52,624 nt of DNA from Candidatus Bathyarchaeia archaeon (lineage in GTDB: Archaea; Thermoproteota; Bathyarchaeia; Bathyarchaeales; Bathycorpusculaceae), in assembly GCA_037481775.1 (NCBI GenBank), contig JBBFKZ010000012.1, forward strand, positions 1-52,624, in the 5' to 3' direction. The position numbers and the translations under genes were made by a program. The notes beneath the pieces are model-generated. The model was not told the DNA's origin, made no database searches, and saw only the letters and a program-made list of their open reading frames with translations. Below, one piece after another: positions 9,434 through 17,164 of this stretch (the stretch's first letter is position 1; every line of letters begins with the position of its first letter).

Positions 9434-10231
9434 TCACGTCTGTTTGGTTTCGCATATTGCGCGCTGTTCTGTGCGGAAAAAAGTTTGCTTAAGAACTTTT
9501 ATCAGCGGTACGCCAACAACTACGGACAAGATTATTAGCATTAATCTTTCCCAGGGATAAAGGAAGAAAACAATAGCCCAATTAGCTGCGTAAGCAGCGG
9601 CTGGTATAATTGGCTGTTGACCTATTGCAACATACAGCTGGTTGAGCACGACTTCATATAGAATGTTGCCCATGAGATGCTGCATCATCGTTCCGACAAA
9701 AGCTAAAGTTGCGAGGCCAGCGGTTAGCAACTTTGGTTTTAATGATTCAATCCACTGACTTGTTTTTCGGCCTAAAGGCGAAAGTAGCACTATAAATGCT
9801 AAGATGTGAAGCCAAGCAAAAGGAAATGCGACTCCATTTATGGTTATGAATATGCTGGTCAGCGGGTTTGCGAGGAAAACTACAAGTAATGTGATGTTGA
9901 GCAAAACAGTTGGGAACCATTTCCTTCTAACGAGTAATCCTACCGCGATTGTGTTGACGAATGCTGGTAGAAAGTCTAGGAATAAGAAAGTTACAGGTTT
10001 GCCCATCGCTATGCCGATAAATGTGCCTATAATAACGCTTATACCTCCGGCAAAGGGGCCTAAAACTACGCCGTAAATTGGTGGAAGAATGTCGGATAGC
10101 GAAAATTTGGCGCCTTGAACACCAATCATTGGTATGGTGTCCATTCGTCTGAGAACCCCGAAAAGGGCTGAGAAGATGGCGATTAATGCGATAATTTTTG
10201 TTTTTGATGTAATGTTGGCACTTTTACCCAT
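9434..10231 (-). CDS. ECF transporter S-component-like membrane protein (paralog of 5045-5827)
   Basis: TKIIALIAIFSALF, PIYGVVLGPFAGGISVIIG, shared C-terminal YP.(I/E)RL...VPL.K.L. ATG 10231 is preferred because the track start 10258 lies inside the operator array. Confidence 0.7.
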   Translation of the reverse strand: MGKSANITSKTKIIALIAIFSALFGVLRRMDTIPMIGVQGAKFSLSDILPPIYGVVLGPFAGGISVIIGTFIGIAMGKPVTFLFLDFLPAFVNTIAVGLLVRRKWFPTVLLNITLLVVFLANPLTSIFITINGVAFPFAWLHILAFIVLLSPLGRKTSQWIESLKPKLLTAGLATLAFVGTMMQHLMGNILYEVVLNQLYVAIGQQPIIPAAAYAANWAIVFFLYPWERLMLIILSVVVGVPLIKVLKQTFFRTEQRAICETKQT

Positions 10232-10243
10232 CTCGATTTCCCT

Positions 10244-10290
10244 TGGAAATTTTTTCATTGCTTTGTAATTTTTTACAAAGCATATAAAAA
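10244..10290 (-). promoter_or_regulatory. Tandem TGTAA-N4-TTACA operator plus TATA box of the second ECF-S gene
   Basis: Perfect palindrome TGCTTTGTAA-TTTT-TTACAAAGCA at 10259-10282. Degenerate copy TGGAAATTTTTTCA at 10244-10257. TATA element at 10282-10290. Confidence 0.72.
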
Positions 10291-10745
10291 ATTTACGGTA
10301 GCCAAGCAGTTACTGCAAGCAACCAAGCGTTTTTTTAAAAAAAAAAAAAGGAATAATAAAAAGTCATCGTGTTTTAAGAATGGATTAGAATGTTTTACGA
10401 TTTTTCAGTTAAATTGAAACTGTTTAATTGCTTATTCCGTCACCAATACCCGCTTTGCACCACTTACAACAGCAGCACCGAGAATTTTCTGATTTAGCAA
10501 ATTTTAAACATGAATCGAAGTCAATTATAATTTTGAGTTTAGCATCGTGGCCAAAGCCGCCAAAGGAAAGAAAAAAGGCTGCAAATAAGAAATAAGGTGT
10601 TCCAGACAACAATTCCCATTTTTCTCTTTTCTTTAAAAGCAAAATAACATTGGAATTTTTGCACGCGAATTTATAGCTAATTATACACCAAAAAGCCTTT
10701 TATATTCTGCTGAACACAATTTCTACAATAAAATTGGTGATTATT

Positions 10746-11726
10746 ATGGCTGTCCAAACAACATCTGAGTATTTTGATTTGCTGAACCAAGCAGTTTCGC
10801 GGGAAATCCAAGTTTCAATTCAGTATATTCTACAGCACGCCAAAATGGAGAAGCTGATGCGCAAAGTAATCCCCGAGAACATGCTCCTCGACAAGACAAC
10901 ATACGAAGCCGTAGGCAAGTTTTTGAAGGAAATAGCCATCCAAGAAATGAAGCATGCCGCGGATATAATGGAGCGAATCTATTATCTCGGCGGTTCAGCA
11001 ACCACAAAGTCGAACAAGCCAATAATAGGGAATAGCCTAAGTGAATTCGCAAAACTCGGCGCAAAAGCGGAAGAAGAAGCACTTGTGCTATACCGCAAGA
11101 TCATTGAGGCTGCAAGAGCCAGTGGTGATGTGGAAACTCGGGAAATGTTCGAGAAAATCTACTCACAAGAAGAACAGCACCTATTCAAATTCCAAGAATA
11201 CGTGCACATGAAAGACGAGCCAGAAGGCGCGGAAGCGCAACCTGTTTCGGAATGGCGTAAAATTTTCACCGATGACTACTTTGCCTTATTAAACAGGGCG
11301 GTTGCAGCCGAGATCTCGGCGATAATACAATACACGAATCAACACGAAAAAGCCAGCCTACTGGCGCTACGAGAAAAAGTTTCCCCACTAGAGGTTATTA
11401 CTGAAAGCAACAAAGCCAAAGTCATAAGCGACCTATTGAAGAAGATCTTCATGATGGAAATGGAGCATCTTGAGAAGATCAGCGAGAGAATTTATCTGCT
11501 CGAAGGCGAATGCACAGTTACTCCCGACCCAATTCCGCAAGTCGGCGAGACCGCCGATGACTTCGTGAAGCTGGATCATGAAGCGGAAAACATTGCTATA
11601 GTGCTTTACAGACAGATCATTGCTGAAGCGCTAAAACGCGGAGACACAACAACACGTCGCATGTTTGAAGACATAGTTCTACAGGAAGAAGAGCACTACT
11701 GGGCCTTTGACGACTTTCTAAGATAG
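10746..11726 (+). CDS. Tandem two-domain bacterioferritin/ferritin-like di-iron protein
   Basis: Two homologous halves: REIQVSIQY / QEMKHA / EEEALVLY / EEQH and AEISAIIQY / MEMEHL / EAENIAIVLY / EEEHY. Confidence 0.85.
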   Translation: MAVQTTSEYFDLLNQAVSREIQVSIQYILQHAKMEKLMRKVIPENMLLDKTTYEAVGKFLKEIAIQEMKHAADIMERIYYLGGSATTKSNKPIIGNSLSEFAKLGAKAEEEALVLYRKIIEAARASGDVETREMFEKIYSQEEQHLFKFQEYVHMKDEPEGAEAQPVSEWRKIFTDDYFALLNRAVAAEISAIIQYTNQHEKASLLALREKVSPLEVITESNKAKVISDLLKKIFMMEMEHLEKISERIYLLEGECTVTPDPIPQVGETADDFVKLDHEAENIAIVLYRQIIAEALKRGDTTTRRMFEDIVLQEEEHYWAFDDFLR

Positions 11727-11752
11727 ATTCTTAGATCATCCCATCTTTTTTC
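11717..11752 (+). terminator. Putative terminator of the ferritin-like gene
   Basis: Hairpin TCTAAGA-TAGAT-TCTTAGA over the stop codon, followed by a T tract. Confidence 0.35.
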
Positions 11753-11900
11753 TCGACTTTCTTTACTTCTAAAGCGTTTGTCAATAAAATAAAAGGAAAG
11801 GGCGGCTTATCCAAAAATCCATGTTCGATGTTAAGCTTAATGTTGAATGTGGCAATTAAACACAAAAACTAAATACTCGATCAAACGCAGTTATGCACTT

Positions 11901-12569
11901 ATGAGTAAAAAACGATCTTACACTGGCTATTTATTGGCTATCATCGTACTTGCAATTCTAATTACAACTGTTATTATCTTGACTTACTTTGGAACGAAAA
12001 GTCAAGTTAGGCTGCCAGGAGTTTCTATAGGCGACACGTTTACCTACGATATTGCTGGATTTTGGAATACCAGCGCTGTAAACGCGGCAATCCCTCAGAG
12101 AATTTTGGATATGAATCAAACAGCAGCATTCCGCGTTACCATAACCAATGTTACTGGACCGATGGTTACGACACGCGAAACGTGGATTTTTAAAAATGGA
12201 ACCTCATACAACTCAACAAGCATGATAAATGTGGAAACAGGCTATAACACAGGCGGCTTTTGGCCGATTGTTGCTGCGAACTTGGGAAAAAATGACCTAT
12301 TGCACCCTGCAGGGCAGAACAAAATTGCTGTTAACGAAACCGTAATTAGACAGTATGCAAGCGGTCCACGGGAAACTAACTATTTTAAATTGCAATATAC
12401 AGGTAGTGATGAAGAGTATGGCTATTACACAGCTGAGGTGGATTACTATTTTGACAAGGCAACCGGCATGCTTGTCGAATTATACGATCGAAGCAATTTT
12501 ATCAGCATGGGCACGCAGGGCGCAATTTGGTGGAAACTTAAGGAATCAAGTGTTTGGAAAGTCTCATAG
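11901..12569 (+). CDS. Membrane-anchored extracellular protein, unknown function
   Basis: N-terminal TM after MSKKRS. GVSIGDTFTY and YYFDKATGMLVE motifs are shared with 30368-31003. Many N-x-S/T sequons. Confidence 0.75.
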   Translation: MSKKRSYTGYLLAIIVLAILITTVIILTYFGTKSQVRLPGVSIGDTFTYDIAGFWNTSAVNAAIPQRILDMNQTAAFRVTITNVTGPMVTTRETWIFKNGTSYNSTSMINVETGYNTGGFWPIVAANLGKNDLLHPAGQNKIAVNETVIRQYASGPRETNYFKLQYTGSDEEYGYYTAEVDYYFDKATGMLVELYDRSNFISMGTQGAIWWKLKESSVWKVS

Positions 12570-12612
12570 ATAGCGAGTTACGTTCTTGCTAATTGCCTAC
12601 AAAAATCAGCAA

Positions 12613-14304
12613 CTAAATCTCAGCTTTTGCAAAAAGTTCTCGTGCATTTCTGAGAGCGACATGGTAGAATATTACCGTAAAAATAATGGCGATAATTGCG
12701 CTTACCGCAAGTGACATAATAGGATCTAGAAAAGCTTCCAAAGTCAAACTAGGCATAACCTCCGGAAGCATAGACGCCAGCGCAAATGGGAAAAAGGGCG
12801 CCAGAATTGCTGCGCCAGCTAGGAGGCAAATGCCCAAATTAATCAGGCTCCAAGATAACCGAATCATTCTGGGCCTCGGGAGCTCGGTGAAGTCGGCTCC
12901 TTTTATTCCATTGGACAGGGAAATTGCGCCTAGGGCGAGGATCAGGAAAAGCGCTTCGATGTAAGCTACAACTGTGGCGCGCAATGAGGGACGATAAACC
13001 ACAAAAGCAAAAACGCCCGTCACTGCCAAAACTATAACAGAAAAGAAAATTATGAAAAAATACTTGCTTTTAACTAAAGTTTTAGCTGAAACTGGAGAGG
13101 CGTAAATGCGCCAAACAGCTTGTCCTTCTTCGCCTATCATGAAACTACCCAAGCTTATGGCCGTAACGGTGGATGGTAAAAGAAAAGTTGAAGCCGCAAG
13201 ATACACAACGACCTCTGCTGGCGGAGTAGCCGTCTGGGAACCAAAGCTCTGCATGACCTGAACTAGGATGAGCACAATTGGAATTATGAATACGGACATG
13301 AGTTCGCGTCTTCGCGTGAATGCCCGCAAGTCTTTTCTAATTAGGGCTGCTTCAGCGGTGGTAAAGCCAATTTTGCCCAGAAAGCCTACTCTTGGCGCAT
13401 AAGCACCGCGTGAGATCGTTATCGCCGGCGGCTCATAAAGTCCAAACCGCTTGTTTAGCAAGGTTGCTAGGAAAAACAAACCAACGATAAAGAGAAGGGA
13501 TAATCCGAGGAAAATACTGCCTTGCAGTAAGAGACCGTTCGTGAAAGAGTATATTGTCATGCCCAGCCAGAGAAAGGGTATAAACCAGGCTGCATTCTGC
13601 GCGGAGGCAATGGTTTCAATGAATGTTATGGCTCCGCCAGAAGTCACGTAGAAATAGATTATGTAGAATGTCAAGAAGAATAGTAGCGAACCAAAGAATC
13701 TGACCCACACAGCGGCTCTGCCCGATGACTTGTAGACGGCACCTATGAATCGAATCTGCAGGATTCTCAAAATTTCTGTGATGGCACTTGCCATGAACGC
13801 GGCGGCTAATACTGTAAGCGAAGTCATCACGGCAAAAAGAAACAAACCGCTAAACGCGGAGAAGATTAGGATGGTAGAAGCGATAAACATTACTGAAGCA
13901 AATGGGAAGCCAAGTAAATTGGCTAAAATCGAGCCTAAAGTGTATTCTTGCCAGGTTACGGGAAGCCAATAAGGCACTTGTGTTGAGGCTTTTACGCCGC
14001 TGCGTTGAATTTGTTGCATCATGGTAAATACCAAGCTGTAAACCAAAACGAGCGTGGGCAATGATAGAAAAATGCTTAATGTTCCTTCTTGGAAAGTGGG
14101 CAATAGCTCTGGTTCAGCGGCTGTAGCGGTGTTATATATAAAGCCGGCTAATAATCCGGCGCCTATGCCTAAGCCTAAGCCAAGCCAGTATGGCCAGTAA
14201 GCTAAAACGCCGCTTTCACGGTATCGTGTAAGCTTTACGCCCCTAAGAAGGCGACCTGATTTTCTTTCGACTTGCATAAGAGCGAGAACGTTTTTCCAAT
14301 TCAT
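12613..14304 (-). CDS. ABC exporter permease (large multi-TM)
   Basis: 563 aa polytopic protein, internal ALIRKDLRAFTR and SAKTLVKSKY motifs. 4-nt overlap with the upstream ATPase gene. Confidence 0.8.
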   Translation of the reverse strand: MNWKNVLALMQVERKSGRLLRGVKLTRYRESGVLAYWPYWLGLGLGIGAGLLAGFIYNTATAAEPELLPTFQEGTLSIFLSLPTLVLVYSLVFTMMQQIQRSGVKASTQVPYWLPVTWQEYTLGSILANLLGFPFASVMFIASTILIFSAFSGLFLFAVMTSLTVLAAAFMASAITEILRILQIRFIGAVYKSSGRAAVWVRFFGSLLFFLTFYIIYFYVTSGGAITFIETIASAQNAAWFIPFLWLGMTIYSFTNGLLLQGSIFLGLSLLFIVGLFFLATLLNKRFGLYEPPAITISRGAYAPRVGFLGKIGFTTAEAALIRKDLRAFTRRRELMSVFIIPIVLILVQVMQSFGSQTATPPAEVVVYLAASTFLLPSTVTAISLGSFMIGEEGQAVWRIYASPVSAKTLVKSKYFFIIFFSVIVLAVTGVFAFVVYRPSLRATVVAYIEALFLILALGAISLSNGIKGADFTELPRPRMIRLSWSLINLGICLLAGAAILAPFFPFALASMLPEVMPSLTLEAFLDPIMSLAVSAIIAIIFTVIFYHVALRNARELFAKAEI

Positions 14305-15074
14305 TTCAAGAGTTCCTCAACTACGGCTTTCAGATCAGCGGAACCAGTCAGTGTCAAGAAGATGTCTTCTAGACCAGAGTCAGGCAATTTAGCCATTTGT
14401 CTCAGCTCGTTCATGTTGCCCAAAGCCAAAAGTCTTCCTTGGTACATGATGCCTATGCGGTCGCATATTGCTTGCGCTATTTCCAGCACATGTGTGGACA
14501 TTAGCGTGGTTACCCCCTGTGTTTTCAATTTGTGAAGAACTTCTTTGACGATTCGTGCTGAGCGTGGATCCAAAGCGTTTAAGGGCTCGTCTAATATCAG
14601 AAGCCGCGGCTTGTGCAGAAAAGCAGAAATTAAGGCGATTTTCTGCTTCATACCCTCCGAGTAACTGCTGATCATGTCGCCTTCTCGCCCTTCAAGCTGC
14701 AGCGCTTTCAGGTACTCGGTGATTCGGCTTTTCTTTTCTTCTGTTTGCATACCATATATATCGCCTATAAAGTCCAGATACTCAATGCCCGTCAAGAATT
14801 CGTATAGGCGAGGGGACTCTGGAACGTAACCCACTTGCTGCTTTACGGCTACAGGATCTTTTAGAACGTCTTTGCCTAATACAATGATTGAGCCCTCATC
14901 AGGTTTAACTAACCCCAGAAGCATTTTTAGAGTAGTGGACTTTCCCGAGCCATTCGGCCCAAGCAACCCGAAAATTTCTCCGGCACTTATGCTCAAGTTA
15001 AGATGATTTACTGCCAAAAGTTCATGGTAACGTTTCACAACGCCTTTAAGTTCAACAGCTACGGTACCATTCAT
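14301..15074 (-). CDS. ABC transporter ATP-binding protein
   Basis: Walker A GPNGSGKST, signature YSEGMKQK, Walker B LLILDEP, H-loop STH. ATG 15074 preferred. Confidence 0.92.
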   Translation of the reverse strand: MNGTVAVELKGVVKRYHELLAVNHLNLSISAGEIFGLLGPNGSGKSTTLKMLLGLVKPDEGSIIVLGKDVLKDPVAVKQQVGYVPESPRLYEFLTGIEYLDFIGDIYGMQTEEKKSRITEYLKALQLEGREGDMISSYSEGMKQKIALISAFLHKPRLLILDEPLNALDPRSARIVKEVLHKLKTQGVTTLMSTHVLEIAQAICDRIGIMYQGRLLALGNMNELRQMAKLPDSGLEDIFLTLTGSADLKAVVEELLK

Positions 15075-15236
15075 GGTTAACAATCCCGTGGGGCAATAAA
15101 AAAAGGAGAACAATATTTAAGCCTAACGTGCATCGCCCAGTACGTCAGAAGTTAAACAGTAATATACAAATTTCTAAGAAATTTTCAAATAAATATAAAT
15201 CATAGCCGACGACTTTACCCTAACTGAGAAAAATCA

Positions 15237-16226
15237 ATGACACAAGTTATTGAAACCTTCAAACTGACAAGAATGTTTAACGGGCTTACGGCAGTAGACC
15301 ACTTAGACATTAGTGTTGAAGCGGGAGAAATTTTCGGTTTACTTGGGCCCAACGGCGCCGGCAAAACCACCACAATCTCGATGCTTTGCACCATTCTTAA
15401 GCCTACTTCTGGCACTGCAAAAGTTAACGGCTTCGACATAGTCAAAGAAGCCATGCAAGTGCGCCGATCAATTGGTATAGTCTTCCAAGACCCCAGCATT
15501 GACGACCGGATGACTGGGCGTGAAAACCTCTTTATGCATGCGAATCTATATGGTGTGCCGCCGAGTGAGCAGAAAAGCCGCATTGACCGAGTTTTGAAGC
15601 TTGTAGAGCTGGAGGACAGAGCAGATGATCTTATGCGGACTTACTCTGGCGGGATGCGGCGCAGACTAGAACTTGCACGAGGGCTTATTCATTATCCCAA
15701 GGTGCTTTTTCTGGATGAACCCACTATAGGGCTTGATCCGCAGACACGAGATCACATCTGGACGTATATTCGCGAGTTGAAAGAAGCCCATGACATTACA
15801 ATTGTTTTGACAACGCATTATATGGATGAAGCAGACAAGCTATGCAACCGCATCGCCATAATGGATCACGGCAAAATAATTGCCTTGAACACGCCTGCTA
15901 AACTAAAAGAAACCTTAGAAGGCGATAAAGTAATCATTAAAGCGAAAGAGCTTGATATGCTTTCGTCGCTAATTACCGAGAAACTTAGGTTGCAGAATGC
16001 ACATATAATTAATGGCGCCATGGAAGTCACCATAAAAAACGGCAAAAGCATACTGCCAAGAATAGTTGAAGTTGCAACGCAAAATAACATTTTCGTTGAA
16101 TCCATCACACTGAGCGAGCCAAACCTTGATGATGTTTTCTTGCATTACACTGGAAGGACCATACGAACGGACAGCAACAGGGAGCGTCATGGATTTTTAG
16201 CTATTGCAAGGAGAAGGATAAAATGA
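15237..16226 (+). CDS. ABC-2 exporter ATP-binding protein (DrrA-like)
   Basis: GPNGAGKTT, YSGGMRRR, LFLDEPT, TTHY, C-terminal PNLDDVFLHYTG. Confidence 0.92.
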   Translation: MTQVIETFKLTRMFNGLTAVDHLDISVEAGEIFGLLGPNGAGKTTTISMLCTILKPTSGTAKVNGFDIVKEAMQVRRSIGIVFQDPSIDDRMTGRENLFMHANLYGVPPSEQKSRIDRVLKLVELEDRADDLMRTYSGGMRRRLELARGLIHYPKVLFLDEPTIGLDPQTRDHIWTYIRELKEAHDITIVLTTHYMDEADKLCNRIAIMDHGKIIALNTPAKLKETLEGDKVIIKAKELDMLSSLITEKLRLQNAHIINGAMEVTIKNGKSILPRIVEVATQNNIFVESITLSEPNLDDVFLHYTGRTIRTDSNRERHGFLAIARRRIK

Positions 16227-16984
16227 CGGAGCTCAGAGGATTCTACACGCTTTGGCTCCGCGAAGTCAAAAGGTACTTCCGCGACAAAGTGCGAATAGTC
16301 AGCAGCTTCTTCCAGCCATTTCTGTGGCTATCCATATTTGGAACAGGCTTCCGATTTTCAGGACAAATAGGCCAACTTAATTATCAAGAATACCTTTTCC
16401 CGGGCATAATCGGGCAAACACTGCTGTTCACATCAATGTTTATGGGTATATCAGTCATTTGGGACAAGGAATTTGGGTTCATGAAAGAAATCTTAGTAGC
16501 GCCAATTTCACGCATGACCATATTCTTGGGCAAAGTGATCGGAGACAGCACCGACGCCGTGCTTCAGGGAACAATCATATTCCTTGTTGCTGCGTTATTA
16601 GGAATAAAAATAGATCCTGTAACGTATCTCGCAGCGCTGCCCGTGATGCTGCTAATCACCTTCGGCTTAGTTAGCATAGGATTAACAATTGCCAGCTTCA
16701 TTAGAAACCTAGAAAGCTTTGGAGTAATCCAGAGCTTCATAAATTTGCCCTTATTCTTCCTGAGCGGCGCACTTTTTCCGCTTACTAACCCTGGCATACC
16801 AGAATGGCTGCGGATAGCTTCAAACGCGAATCCTCTAACTTACGGCGTCGACGCGCTAAGAACAGTAATTCTGGGCGAAGCATGGCAGCCACTCTACGCT
16901 TTACCTGTGAACCTTGCCGTCTTGGGAGCTTTTGACAGCATCATGATAGCAATTGGAACATGGGCATTTACTCGAATGAAGTAG
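16223..16984 (+). CDS. ABC-2 type permease (DrrB-like)
   Basis: LWLREVKRYFRD, DKEFGFMKEILVAP, FFLSGALFP, NPLTYGVDALR. ATGA overlap with the ATPase gene. Confidence 0.9.
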   Translation: MTELRGFYTLWLREVKRYFRDKVRIVSSFFQPFLWLSIFGTGFRFSGQIGQLNYQEYLFPGIIGQTLLFTSMFMGISVIWDKEFGFMKEILVAPISRMTIFLGKVIGDSTDAVLQGTIIFLVAALLGIKIDPVTYLAALPVMLLITFGLVSIGLTIASFIRNLESFGVIQSFINLPLFFLSGALFPLTNPGIPEWLRIASNANPLTYGVDALRTVILGEAWQPLYALPVNLAVLGAFDSIMIAIGTWAFTRMK

Positions 16985-17164
16985 AGCCGCAAATAGCGCG
17001 GCAAATTTGATTTTCCATAGTGCTATCTGCTGTCCTGTCAGGTGCATACTGCAAAAATAGACATCTTTCTGCTTCCTGCTGTCGCATGTCTAGTTACTTC
17101 TAGTTTAGGCTGTTACGGAAACAAAAAAGAGGAAAATGAGGTTATTGTAACCTTTTTGTGTTGG

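Noticed and set aside
10330-10349. T7-A13 homopolymer as a phase-variation switch
   Set aside because: Intergenic and outside the identified promoter elements; could be a terminator or a sequencing artefact. Cannot be assessed without reads.
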